A stretch of 64,000 nt of DNA from an uncultured bacterium (GCA_963749495.1 CAVVMW010000001.1:576001-640000), one strand, 5' to 3'. Shown: positions 19,620 through 30,648, counted from the first letter of the stretch. Made by a program: numbers and translations. The notes: generated by a model not told the origin, from the sequence alone.

Positions 19620-20263
19620 TCACTCTCCAATCGGGTCTTCCCACTCGGGATAGACCTCGGGCTTGAGTTGGCCGCGGCGGATGAGTTCCTGGAGGTCGCG
19701 GATGATGGTGCGGCGGGCAACGTTGAATTGGCGGGCCAGGGCGGAGATGTTGGGGCGCTGGCAGGAATCGCCGACGATTTCCAGGATGCGGTTCTGGCGG
19801 CTGAGGCGGTCGGTCGAGCGGGTGAGGAGGTCTTGGGCATCAACGCGGTGGGAGCGTTCGAGGGACTCGAACTGGCGCACGACCTCGTCGGGCCCGCACT
19901 CCTTGAGGGCGATGGCGACGGTGCGCTTGAGGGCGTGGATATCGACCGGTTTGGTCAGGCAAAAATGGGCCCGGCGCGGTCCCTGCAAGGCGGCCAGTTG
20001 CTCGTGGACCTCCAGCGCCCCCGAAACGACCAGGATCGGCACGTGCGGGAGCACCTCTTTGAACTGGGGCAGGAAACTCAGGCCCAGTTCCCCTTCTGCC
20101 AGCACGTGGTCCAGGATTAAGAGGTCGGGCCGCTCGAGGGGATTTGGGCCAGGGCCTCGCTCCCGCTGGCCACGCGCACCAGCCGGTACTTGGCCAGGGC
20201 TTCTTCATAGATCTCGTACTGGAGATCGTCATCTTCTATGATCAGGATGGTAGGAGGGTTCAT
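19620..20263 (-). CDS. Response regulator, REC plus C-terminal HTH (frameshift near 20140)
   Basis: MNPPTILIIEDDD..PDLLILDH..VVSG..LTKP; HTH NISALARQFNVARRTIIRDL; ATGA overlap with kinase stop. Confidence 0.85.
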
Positions 20264-23200
20264 GATGGGTGAACGGTTTGTGCTTGGGCGCCGGTTTTCT
20301 CATCGGGCGCGGGGCGCCCCACCGCCAGGATGAGCGTGAAGGTGCTGCCCCGGTCCACGACCGACACGACGGCCAGGCCGGCCTCGGTCTTGGCGGCCAG
20401 TTGATAGACCATGGAAAGGCCCAGACCCGTGCCTCGCCGGGCGGAGAGGGCCTTGGTGGTGAAAAAGGGCTCGAAGATGCGCGGCAGGTTGGCGGGCGGA
20501 ATCCCGCAGCCGAAATCGCGCACGGCCACGGCGACATATCGCTGCGCCTTGGCGGGCACCAGGACAAGGTCCGCCGGCAGACCCTCCAGGAGCCGCGTCG
20601 CTATCAGGATGCGCTTGCGCCCGGCCATCGATTCGGCCGCGTTGAAGATGAAGTTCAGGAGCATCTGCTGGATGAGGTCTTTGGAGACCGTCACCGGGGG
20701 CAGGCCGGGGGCGGGCTCGAAGTTGACCTGGACCTCTCTCAAGAAACGGTCGCCCAGCAGCTTGATCGTGTCGTCCACGATCCCGTTGATGTCGCACTCG
20801 ATGGGTTGCAGGCCGGAGTCGCGGCCGAAGCCGAGCATGGCCTTGACGATTCCGGCGCCCTGCTCGACAACGGTCTTGATGCGGTCCAGGCGCGTGCGCA
20901 CCTTCGGTGGATTGTCGAGGTTGTCTTCGATGATCTGGGCGGAGCCCTGGATAATGGAGAGGATGTTGTTGAAATCGTGGGCGATGCCTGCGGCCAGGGT
21001 GCCCAGGGCGGTCATCTTCTGGCTGTGGAGCAGTTCGCGGTTGGCGATTTCCAGTTCGCGGGTCCGTTGGGCGACCTGCTTTTCGACCTCGGCATAGCTG
21101 CGCACCAGGCGCTGGTGGCGGTTGAAGGCCAGCCCGGCAAAAAAGAGGCCCCCGCCAGCCCGGCCACGGCAATCGCCACCAGCCGGGTCTCTTTGTACCA
21201 GGGCAGCACGACCTGGAAATCGAACCGCACTGCCTTGGGGTCCACGTTTCCGTTTCGATCCATGGCCTTGACGCTCAGGAAATGCGGGCCCGCCGGCTGG
21301 TCCGGGAATGAGACGCTGTTTTCTTCGGAGAACCGGGTCCATTCGTGGTCGTCCAGTTGATAGGCGAAGAGCAGGCGCGAGGGCTGGGTGTAGTCCCATT
21401 TGTCGCGGCTCGAACTGAAGGTGAGGGTAATGATGCCGCCTTCCTGGATCTTCCCGCCGCTCTCGGGCAACTCGCGGATGCGGGTCAGCGGCGGGTCGCG
21501 GTCCGCCTCGGGGTCGTAGGAGCACAAGCCGCGCGCGGTGCCGGCCCAGAGCTGGCCGTTGCGGTCCTCGAAGACCTCGCGCACGTCGGCGCTGGGCAGG
21601 CCCTCGTCGCTCCCGTTCTCGACCCGGGCGTTCTGGGCGCGCAGGTAGCGGTAGAGCCCGTTGTTGGAGGCCACCCACACGCTGCCGTCGCGCGAGCGGA
21701 CCAGGCCCGTGAGCGACTCGAAGCCGCCTGGGACCACGAGCCAGTTCCGGCCGTCGAATTCCCAGATCCGGTCTTTGGTGGCGCACCAGGTCTTGCCGTC
21801 GCCCACCTCCGCGAATCCCAGCGCCGCCCGCGGCGTCGTCAGGTCGCTCGAGAGGAAGACGCGCCATTTCTTGTCATGGAGCCAGGCCGTGCCCTGCTCC
21901 CCGCTCAGCCAGAGGTCCCCATTTTGGGCGGCATAGAGCACCGTCATCTCCCCACCCAAGACATCGCCCGGGGGGCCTCGGGGAAGGCTGCGAACTGGGC
22001 GCCGTCGGTCGTCAATTCGAGGCGATAGGACTGGTTGGTGGCGCCGGGCACGGTGGTTTGCACGCACACACTGCCGTCCTTGAGCGTGCCCAGCACTCTG
22101 AACTCGGCCCCGGCTTCACCCACCGACTGAGCCCAGGAACCGGCAGCCGGCTCGAAGACATACAACTGGGACCCGGCATTGAGCAGCAACGAGCCGTTGT
22201 TGAGCGGGACCAGGCTGCGCGTGGCCTGGAGACGGCGCACGCTGCCGGGCGGGAATGTGTATTCGCCATGCTCGTCGCCGCGCATCCAGTGGAGTTGCGG
22301 TGCCGGCAATGTGCCAGAGCCGGCCTTGGTTATCCATGGCCAGGCAGCGGATGGGCGAGCCGGCCCTCTGCGCGCCGGCCAGGCTGCGCCATGCCAGCGG
22401 GGCGTAACGGAACAGGCCGTCGGACGTTGCCAGCCAGAACGCGCCGCCAGGTTCGATAGCCAGGTCGTTGTAGGAACGCGCGCTAATCTCCTCATACTCG
22501 CTCATCTCGGTCCCACCCTCCTGGTATTGGAAGAGGGTTGTGGGATTGGCCGCCCAGCAGCCGCCATCGGGGCCGCGCCAGGCGAAGCGCAACCGCTCGA
22601 CCGTGCCGGGCTCGGCACTCCATTGCTCGCCGTCGAAATGAACAATCACTTTCTGGTGCGTGGCTGTGGTCTCGGCCGTCGCTGTGATATTGCCGTTCTT
22701 GTCCTCGTGCGCCTCCTGGAGATTCTGGACCTGCAGCGCCGGGGCAAACGGGTACTCGCGCCATTCGGTTTCGGCCCGCAACGCGCGCGCGGGTCCGGAG
22801 ACCTTGGCCAGCCCGCGCGTGCCGGCCACCCACAGCCCGCCGTCGCCTCGGGCAGGGCACAGGCCCGTGAACCCTCCCAGTTGGGTCTGCTCGGCCCGGC
22901 GCAGCACCGTCGTGCGCGGGTGCGACGGGTCGGTGCAATCGAACTGGAGCAAGCGGCTGGGCAACAGGACCAGGACCAATCCCTGGCGCACCGGGTGCAG
23001 CGGGACCGGGTCCGGCGAGGGCAGGCGGCGCGCCTTGAACTCGGCTTCGATCTCGGGCACGGCGTGCGCCGACCAGGTGCCGCCCCTGAAACCAAGCAGG
23101 GCCTCCGGCTCCACAGTCCAGGTGTTGGTCGCGCCGCTTGGAGTGCTCTGGCTGGGCTTGAAATCCCACAGACCATCCGTCTCCACGGTCCAGAGCTGCC

Positions 23201-23468
23201 CGGCCGGACTCTCATAGACGCGATTCTGCGGAGAAAAGGGCGCAGGAATGAATTGGATTTTATAGCCGTCCAGTTCGCTGACGCCTGAGATCCCTGGATG
23301 GGTGACCAGCACCTTGCCGTGCGGGGCAACTGTCACGGTCGAGCAAACCGGGCTCTGCAGGCCGTTGATCCCTTTATAGGCGCGCCAGTTCGGGGCCTTC
23401 TGGCCCCAACTCGTCTCGACCAGCGCCACCAACAGTGCGCCCGCCAGATATGACCGGCCTTTGGCCAT
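20260..23468 (-). CDS. Sensor histidine kinase with periplasmic beta-propeller and Y_Y_Y domain (about 3 frameshifts)
   Basis: Signal peptide; repeated GxLW/GLxR propeller motifs; FAYQLDDHEW..GPHFLSVKAMDRNGN; TM; AGIAHDFNN, PFFTTK, GTGLGL. Confidence 0.88.
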
Positions 23469-23543
23469 CGTTCGCAATGCTCCGGACCACGCCGATTATT
23501 CAACACCCGATGCCCGCAAGCAAACAAAAGCGGACCGCAGTCT

Positions 23544-23573
23544 CGTAGCGCAGGTTTCCAAACCTGCGCTACG
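23544..23573. repeat. Perfect palindrome, GTAG-type REP-like
   Basis: CGTAGCGCAGGTTT-CC-AAACCTGCGCTACG between divergent genes. Confidence 0.8.
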
Positions 23574-23680
23574 CTGGCGCACAGGCGCGCCGAGCGAATT
23601 TGTCAATGGCCCCAGGGTGTGCAATCAGACGCACACTTCTCAAGACGCGCCGGACGCGCTAAAGAACCATCCGGCAAAGA

Positions 23681-24487
23681 ATGTTTGGAGAACTCAAGAT
23701 TGTAAAACAAGCCGCACGAGGCTGCGGCTGGCGCGCGATGGCCTTCACTCTGGTCGAGTTGCTGGTCGTCATCGCCATCATTGCCATCCTGGCTGCCTTG
23801 CTCCTGCCCGCCCTGGCCACCAGCGGGCGCACCCCTTTGCGCGCCGCCTGCGCCAACAACCTCAAACAACTCGCCCTGGCCGCGCAGATGTATGCGGCCG
23901 ACAACGACGGCCGCCTGGCCGGCAACCCGCCCGAACCAATCCTCGACCCAAAGGCGGCCCCGGCCTGGGTGCTCGGGAACATGAAAAGCCCGAGCGACGC
24001 CACCAACCTGGCCTTGATTGAGCAAGGCGAGATCTTCCCTTATGCGCAACAGTGCCGCATCTACCGCTGTCCCGCCGACCTGTCTCAGACCCAAGGCACA
24101 AGCCGCGTCCGCAGCTTCTCCATGAACAGTTGGATGGGCGGCCGCTACATGGAAACCCGCGGACGCGCAACCACCTTCCGCACGTTCCTGCGTGACGGCG
24201 ATTTAGCCGCCGCCGGACCCGCCACCCTCTTCGTGATGGCAGACGAGCACGAAACCACCATCGATGACCCCGTGTTCCTTGTCACCATGGACGACAGCCG
24301 GCCCTTCGCCAGTCTCCCCGCTATGCGCCACCAGCACGGCTACAGCCTCAACTTCGCCGACGGCCATGCCGAACTTTTCCGCCTGCGCGACCCCGCCACA
24401 ATCGCCCAACCCGCAGGGGCTCCATCCCCCGAATACAGCCCGTTGAATTCCGACTGGATTCGGCTCAAGGCCGTCACGACAAGATGA
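23681..24487 (+). CDS. Prepilin-type N-terminal cleavage/methylation protein with H-X9-DG motif (PVC-type)
   Basis: [47 protein letters not shown]. Confidence 0.9.
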   Translation: MFGELKIVKQAARGCGWRAMAFTLVELLVVIAIIAILAALLLPALATSGRTPLRAACANNLKQLALAAQMYAADNDGRLAGNPPEPILDPKAAPAWVLGNMKSPSDATNLALIEQGEIFPYAQQCRIYRCPADLSQTQGTSRVRSFSMNSWMGGRYMETRGRATTFRTFLRDGDLAAAGPATLFVMADEHETTIDDPVFLVTMDDSRPFASLPAMRHQHGYSLNFADGHAELFRLRDPATIAQPAGAPSPEYSPLNSDWIRLKAVTTR

Positions 24488-24840
24488 GTCCAGAGTCCAC
24501 AGTCCAGAGTCCACAGTCCACAGTCCAGAGTCCACAGTCCACAGTCCACAGTCCCCGGGTGCAAGGCGTAGGCGCAGGGCAATTGTTCCCCGACTGTGGA
24601 CTGTGGACCGATGCGGGGATTGATGGATTGGTGGCAGAGGCCATCGGATCGGGAGACTGTGGACTCTGAACTCTGGACTCTGGACCGATGCGGGGATTGA
24701 TGGATTGGTGGCAGAGGCCATCGGACCGGGAGACTGTGGACTCTGGACTCTGGACTGTGGACTGATGCGGGGATTGATGGATTGGTGGCAGAGGCTATCG
24801 GACCGGGAGACTGTGGACTGTGGACTCTGGACTGTGGACT
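24487..24840. repeat. Inverted heptamer arrays (AGTCCAS)x9 and (STGGACT)n, the right arm built from three 77-bp units
   Basis: Read directly; identical block GATGCGGGGATTGATGGATTGG at 24610, 24687 and 24764. Confidence 0.95.
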
Positions 24841-24882
24841 AACTGATCGAGCCACGCCTTGTGGCTCCTTCAATCAGTGGCC

Positions 24883-25203
24883 TCAACTGGAGCCGGATCC
24901 GCAGTTCAAGAGATCGTCCCACAAGCCGCAGACGATGAGGCCGACGACCGTCACGAAGGCTGCAGTGGAGAGAAACCCCAACGGTACGATGCGGCGTGCG
25001 GCCCTGAGGTAGCGGTCCGCCGGGTTCCAATCTGCGCGGGCGCGGCGAGCCTGCCGCAGGACGCACATTGCCGCCAAGGCAAATGGAATCCCCAGGATGG
25101 GGATCAACCCCAGCAGGCTATAGACGAAACAGCGGAGGGATGAGTTGATGGCGGCTATCCGGTCCGCCAGAGGCGACCCCGAATCGGTCTTGGGCGTTGT
25201 CAT
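24883..25203 (-). CDS. Small two-TM membrane protein (DUF4190-like)
   Basis: SLLGLIPILGIPFALAAM..LRQARR, second TM near C-terminus. Confidence 0.6.
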   Translation of the reverse strand: MTTPKTDSGSPLADRIAAINSSLRCFVYSLLGLIPILGIPFALAAMCVLRQARRARADWNPADRYLRAARRIVPLGFLSTAAFVTVVGLIVCGLWDDLLNCGSGSS

Positions 25204-25514
25204 GGTCGAATGTCCGCTTGGACAGGCCGATACTCCAACGCCCTGGCGCGGCAGTCAATAGGAATTGGAGGGGCGAGCATGGCTCGGGCGCATCCCACCT
25301 TCGTCGGCCCTCAGCAAGCCAGGCAATTGAAGCGCGGTGTTTGGAAGCCCGCAAGGTTTTGGACTGCGGCAGTCCTCTGCCGCTTTTCGGACCCCGGGGA
25401 CGCGAAAGCGCCAGAGGACTGGCGCAGTCCAAAACGCTTTGCGACTTCGGAGGCGCGCTCCCATCGCTCGGTTGGGCCGGGCTCGACAAAGATGAGATGC
25501 GCCCGCCTGCCTCC

Positions 25515-26188
25515 TCACCGGTGAGCCGCGCGGCGCTGGGCCATCGGGGCCAGGTGATCGCTGAACCATTCCGAGGCCATGGCGGCGACTTTCTCGAGGG
25601 CCCGGGCTCCTCGAAGAGGTGCGTGGCCCCCGGCACGATGCGCAGGGCCTTTTGCCCGCTCAGCCGCTCGTAGGCCTCTTCGTTGAGAGGGACTACAGGC
25701 CGGTCTTCGCCCCCGACAATCAGCAGCGTCGCTGCGGTCACCCGCTCGAGGGCCTCGCCGGCCAGGTCCGGCCGGCCGCCGCGTGAGACCACTGCGGCTA
25801 TCGTCTCGCCCAACTGGGCGGCGGCCACCAGGGCGGCGGCGGCCCCCGTGCTGGACCCAAAATAGCCCACCGCCAGGTCCCGGCTGGTGAGCCGGTCCAA
25901 AGCCCAGTGGGTCGCCTCCGCCAACCGGTCCGCCAGCAGCGGGATGTTGAATCGCAGGTGCCGGGTAACGGCCTCGGCCTGCTCCTCGGCGGCCGTGAGC
26001 AGATCGAAGAGCAAGGTCCCCATTCCCGCCGCGAGCAGGGTCTGCGCCACAAATTGGTTGCGCGGGCTGTGCCGGCTGCTGCCGCTGCCATGGGCAAAAA
26101 GCACCAAACCCAGTGCATCGGCCGGCAGATTCAGCTCTGCCCCAAGGCTCACTCCCTTGACGGGAATCTCGATTGTCTGTCCTGCCAT
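25515..26188 (-). CDS. Alpha/beta hydrolase, dienelactone-hydrolase-like (frameshift near 25600)
   Basis: FAHGSGSSRHSPRN, GYFGSSTG, VSRGGRPDLA, PGATHLFEEPG; C-terminus LEKVAAMASEWF in another frame. Confidence 0.88.
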
Positions 26189-26372
26189 GTTCCACTCTCG
26201 CTAGTTGTGGCGCGGGCCTCCCGCCTGCGCGCCTCGCTCAGACCCCACGCCGGAGCCGTCCGCCCCGGCCCGTTGATAAACCGTCGCCCCGCTGCGGCTT
26301 TTTTTCAATCACCGATTTTCTCCTTTTCAATCGCCCACGCCCCGGGATAGTGTGCCCGGACTTTGAAATAGC

Positions 26373-28448
26373 ATGAAATCGCCCGCCCCCGTGATTCTGG
26401 GAACTTTCACCCTCTTGCTCTCCGCCGTGGTCTCGCTCGGCGAGGTCAGGGTTGTCATCGACCACAATTCCAATTCCGAGGCCTCGGCCGGCTTCAAATT
26501 CAAGCGAGTCCCGCCGCCTTCCAAGAACGGCGCCGCGGCCAAGGCCAAATTCAGCATCCTGGAGGGCGAGCGCGACTCCAACGGCGCCGAACTCGACGCC
26601 CTGCACGACGGCAAACTCCCGACCGAAGAAGACCAGCCTTCGGAGAATTTCTTCTTTGCCGCGGGCAGCGAAGGGGGCCGGCTGCTGGTGGACCTGGGCA
26701 GCGTCATCGAGGTCAAGCAGGTCAACACCTACTCGTGGCACCCGAGCACGCGCGGACCCCAAGTCTATGTCCTCTACGCCGGCGCGGGCGCCTCGCCGGA
26801 CTTCAAACCCCAGCCCGCCAAGGGCGCCGACTTGGCCAAGGCGGGCTGGCAATTGCTCGCCAAAGTGGACACGCGCCCCAAAGACGGCGAGCCCGGCGGC
26901 CAATATGGCGTCAGCATCTCCGATTCCCAGGGTGTCCTGGGCCAGTTCCGCTACCTGCTCTTCGACATTTCGCGCACGGAAGATTCGGACGACTTCGGCA
27001 ACACCTTCTTGAGCGAGATTGATGTCCTGGACCGGAACAGCAAACCCGAGCAGGCCCAGACGGCTGTGGCCTCGGACCAGTCCGGCAAGGAGACCGTCCA
27101 GGCAGCCGACGGCGCCTGCGAGATCCTGCTCGACACGTCCGAGACGCCCGACCTGAGCGAGTGGGCCCACGCGCAATTGGCGCCCATGGTCAAGGAGTGG
27201 TATCCCAAAATAGTGAAGCTGCTGCCCAGCGACGGATTCGAAGCACCCAAGACACTTTCCATCCGGTTCAGCAAGACGATGCAGGGCGTGGCGGCCACCG
27301 GCGGCACCCGCATCACGTGCGGCGCCGGCTGGTTCCGGCAAAACCTCAAGGGCGAGGCCCTGGGCGCCGTGTTCCATGAGATGGTCCACGTGGTCCAGCG
27401 CTATGGCCGCGTCGCCCGCGATAACCCCAACGCCGTCCGTCCCCCGGGCTGGCTCGTCGAGGGGATCCCCGACTATATTCGTTGGTACACATTCGAGCCG
27501 CAGTCACACGGCGCCGAGATCACCCGGCGCAACATCGCCCGCGCCCGCTACGATGCCAGCTACCGGATCTCGGCCAACTTCCTCAATTGGGTCGTCGAGA
27601 AATACGACAAAGACCTCATCGCCCCCCTGAACGCCGCCTTGCGCCAGGGCCAATACACCACGGACCTCTGGAAACAACGCACCGGCCACACCGTCGAGGA
27701 GTTGGGCGACGAATGGAAGGCGGCGATCGAAAAGAAAGTCGCCGCCGAGGCCCCAAGCGCCGCCTCGGCTTCGGAGTCGGCCGGCTCCCAGGGCCAGCCC
27801 AATACCCTCACTGACGCCGAAAAGGCCGCCGACTGGAAGCTCCTCTTCAATGGCCGGGACTTCACCGGTTGGCACAACTTCAAACGCGAGGGCGTCCGTC
27901 CCGGCTGGCAGGTCCAGGACGGCGCCCTGGTCTGCTCCGATCCCCACACCGCAGGCGATATCGTCACCGCCGACAAATTCCAATGGTTCGAGCTCCAGCT
28001 CGACTACAACATCTCCGTGGCCGGCAACAGCGGCATCATGTACCACGTCACCGACGAAGGCAACGCGGTCTGGGCCACCGGCCCCGAATTCCAACTCGAA
28101 GACAACCAGGCCGCCGCCGACCCGGTCCGTTGCGGCTGGCTCTATGCCCTCTACCAGCCCCCCAACGACCCAAACACAGGCAAACCCCTCGACGCCACCA
28201 AACCCGTCGGCCAGTGGAACCACGTCCGGCTGCTCATCAGCCCCGACAAATGCGCGCACGAAATCAACGGCGTGAAATATTTCGAATATGTCCTGGGCAG
28301 CGATGACTTCAACAGCCGCGTCGCCAAGAGCAAGTTCGCCCGCATGCCGCGCTTCGCCAAGTCCGACACCGGCTGCATCGCCCTCCAGGGTGACCATGGC
28401 CAGGTGTCCTTCCGGAACATCAAGATCCGGATCATCGAGCCCAAGTAG
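26373..28448 (+). CDS. Secreted protein: basic-secretory-protein (HExxH) domain fused to DUF1080 domain
   Basis: Signal peptide; FHEMVHVVQ..PGWLVEGIPDYIRW; WKLLFNGRDFTGW, GNSGIMY, GPEFQLED, LQGDHGQVSFRNIKIR. Confidence 0.85.
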   Translation: MKSPAPVILGTFTLLLSAVVSLGEVRVVIDHNSNSEASAGFKFKRVPPPSKNGAAAKAKFSILEGERDSNGAELDALHDGKLPTEEDQPSENFFFAAGSEGGRLLVDLGSVIEVKQVNTYSWHPSTRGPQVYVLYAGAGASPDFKPQPAKGADLAKAGWQLLAKVDTRPKDGEPGGQYGVSISDSQGVLGQFRYLLFDISRTEDSDDFGNTFLSEIDVLDRNSKPEQAQTAVASDQSGKETVQAADGACEILLDTSETPDLSEWAHAQLAPMVKEWYPKIVKLLPSDGFEAPKTLSIRFSKTMQGVAATGGTRITCGAGWFRQNLKGEALGAVFHEMVHVVQRYGRVARDNPNAVRPPGWLVEGIPDYIRWYTFEPQSHGAEITRRNIARARYDASYRISANFLNWVVEKYDKDLIAPLNAALRQGQYTTDLWKQRTGHTVEELGDEWKAAIEKKVAAEAPSAASASESAGSQGQPNTLTDAEKAADWKLLFNGRDFTGWHNFKREGVRPGWQVQDGALVCSDPHTAGDIVTADKFQWFELQLDYNISVAGNSGIMYHVTDEGNAVWATGPEFQLEDNQAAADPVRCGWLYALYQPPNDPNTGKPLDATKPVGQWNHVRLLISPDKCAHEINGVKYFEYVLGSDDFNSRVAKSKFARMPRFAKSDTGCIALQGDHGQVSFRNIKIRIIEPK

Positions 28449-28486
28449 GAGGAAGCAAGGCCGCGAAAGGCGCGCGCCGATGCACC

Positions 28487-29032
28487 AGGGCCGGAGGCCC
28501 GCAATGTGATAGCCTGGGCTGGAGCGAGTCTGACGAGCGGAGGCCCAGGTCAGCCACAGTCGCAAGTTTCTCCAGCCCTGAAAGAATTCCCCGAACGAAT
28601 TCGCGCTTTGCGCCCCTGAACCTGGATATTGCGTTCCCGTCCCGCGAAGCGTTTTGGACTGCGGCAGTCCTCTGCCGCTTTTGTGTCCCCTCGCTGCCGG
28701 CGCGAAAGCGGCAGAGGACTGCCGCAGTCCAAAACCTGCGGGCTTGGTGTCGGTTCATGGAGAGCCTCCTTTCGCTTTTGCGCATGCATTGGGACCATGA
28801 ACCCAAAACGCGTAAGTGGTTGGAAATCAACGGATGCGTTTTTCGGTTCATGGAGAGGGCGTCACTCCTCATGTCCCAATCTCTGGCCAACATCGTTGTT
28901 CACCTCGTCTTCAGCACCAAAAGCCCTCTTCCGCCCCCTTCAGGGCGGAGGAGACGTCTCTTTCGGCCCCTACCTGGGGCTGCGCGCTGCGCGCTTCACC
29001 CCAGGCTTTCACATTGCGGGCCTTCGGCCCTC
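28487..29032. mobile_element. Composite non-autonomous element: REP hairpins plus 5' stub of a Y1 (IS200/RAYT) transposase; inverted partial copy at 39080-39336
   Basis: 28871-28921 encodes MSQSLANIVVHLVFSTK; near-identical reverse complement at 39190-39239 with the same flanks. Confidence 0.75.
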
Positions 29033-29081
29033 CCGTTTTCCTAGCCTCTGACGCTAGGTCCGGCTTGCCCAGGCTCTGTGC

Positions 29082-29471
29082 TCACTGTTGTGTCTGCCAC
29101 CACTGGACGTAGCGCCCATAGAGGCCGCTGCCCGAGTTCATCAAGAAGACCGGGTAATAAACCGCCCTGACCCAGCCCGGATACCGAACCGTGCGCGTCA
29201 CGACAGTCATGTTCGCGGAGGAGTTGGTGGTTTGGCCGACCAGGGTGGCGCTGTAACGGCTCACCGGGCCGAAGCTCAGCAGATACACCGTGAGTGCGAG
29301 GAGGGTTGCGGCGATGCAGCGCAGGGACGCCCCCAACCACTCTGCGCCTGCCCCGTCACCGGCATCAGCCCGCTGCGCCGCAGGAGCCGGCTCGGTCAAT
29401 TCTGTCCCACACTCATGGCACTGCGCAGCCGCATCCTCGTTCTCACGGCCACAATACGCGCAGTTTTTCAT
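29082..29471 (-). CDS. Zinc-ribbon membrane protein
   Basis: MKNCAYCGREN..CHECG followed by a TM segment. Confidence 0.7.
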   Translation of the reverse strand: MKNCAYCGRENEDAAAQCHECGTELTEPAPAAQRADAGDGAGAEWLGASLRCIAATLLALTVYLLSFGPVSRYSATLVGQTTNSSANMTVVTRTVRYPGWVRAVYYPVFLMNSGSGLYGRYVQWWQTQQ

Positions 29472-29635
29472 AACGCTGTTTCCTAGGCCGCGTGTGCATT
29501 TCTTGCAAGCCAAAAAGCCATTGCCCAAACACGGAGCTTAAGCTATCTCGGCGGCCGGGGATGCCGATAATATTCTGCGGTAAGTTGAAGGGTGCATCCG
29601 CTTGAAAGACAGAGTGTTTGTGGTAATTTACCACT

Positions 29636-29869
29636 ATGAAAACAGTAACGGTTGACCCACAGCGGCGTGTCCGCCTCGGCGGCGAAGCGCCAGCCACCAA
29701 ATTTTGGCTCATCCCAAAAGCAGACGGGTACCACTTGCGCCGGATTCCAAAGCCTGAGGAGGAGAAGCGCCCCACTTACGAGGAAGCGCTCCAGATGATT
29801 CGCGCCAACCGGTTTAGATTGGCGGCTCCGTGGGAGGAAATCAGAAAGGCCACACGTGAAATTGATTGA
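29636..29869 (+). CDS. AbrB/VapB-like antitoxin
   Basis: 77 aa, MKTVTVDPQRRVRL AbrB-like start; overlaps downstream PIN gene. Confidence 0.65.
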   Translation: MKTVTVDPQRRVRLGGEAPATKFWLIPKADGYHLRRIPKPEEEKRPTYEEALQMIRANRFRLAAPWEEIRKATREID

Positions 29870-30275
29870 TACTTGCGTGGTCATTGCGGCGGCCAATGAA
29901 GATGACGCCCTCAATGGATGGGCGGAGAAATCAATCGCGAAGGCTGTGGCAGCCGAGGGCGCGGGCGTTTCGGCGATCACGCTGGCGGAGTTGTTTTCCC
30001 ATGCCGACTCTTCGGTGACGATAGCAAGGGTGACGGGGATGGGCCTGAAGGCTCTGGATGTCCCTGCGACGGCTTCCGAATTGTGCGGAAAGGCTTACAA
30101 GCGCTATTTGGCGAGGCGGAAAGCAGATGGAATAACGGCAGGCCCAAAGACGCCATTGGCCGGTTTTTTCATCGGAGCGCACGCGGAATCGATGGGGTTC
30201 GATATCGTAACCAATGATACAGACCGCTTTCGGAAGTATTTTCCGTCCGTTAAATTAATTACCCCTCGTCAGTGA
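29856..30275 (+). CDS. PIN-domain VapC-like toxin
   Basis: LIDTCVVI, SAITLAEL, FFIGAHA, VTND..RFRKYFP. Confidence 0.88.
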   Translation: MKLIDTCVVIAAANEDDALNGWAEKSIAKAVAAEGAGVSAITLAELFSHADSSVTIARVTGMGLKALDVPATASELCGKAYKRYLARRKADGITAGPKTPLAGFFIGAHAESMGFDIVTNDTDRFRKYFPSVKLITPRQ

Positions 30276-30469
30276 TCGCTGGTTTCGCGGTGCCCTGGCT
30301 GGGGTGGGCTGGTGCGCCTGCCCTTGAAGGTCAGTTCCGCGATGCCGGATTTGTCCAACTCTCCCAGAATATCATAGACAGCCGTGATTTCATAACCGCA
30401 TTCCTTGAGCCGCCGGGCCATGTTGGCCCCCATCCGGCCCACACCCACAAAGCCAATTCGTTCAGTCAT
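30269..30469 (-). pseudogene. Internally deleted NAD(P)-dependent oxidoreductase (3-hydroxyisobutyrate-dehydrogenase family)
   Basis: RIGFVGVGRMGANMARRL Rossmann start joined after about 33 aa to a C-terminus-like LGELDKSGIAELTF; only 66 aa. Confidence 0.7.
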
Positions 30470-30648
30470 ACGTTGCCTTCCGCCTGTTCTGTCGAGGTCT
30501 CAGCAGTCTAAATGAATGAACCTTTGTCGCAACCTTTGTCGCGACCTTTGTCGGATTGGCCAGGCTTCGACAAAGGTGCCGACAAAGGCTGCGACAAAGG
30601 CCGCGAAAGTCATCCAACGTTTGCTGCAACAGGGTTGCGCCGGCCCTC

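Noticed and set aside
24593..24840. CRISPR-like repeat/spacer alternation
   Set aside because: The spacers are near-identical, the repeats are heptamer runs, and there are no cas genes in the window.
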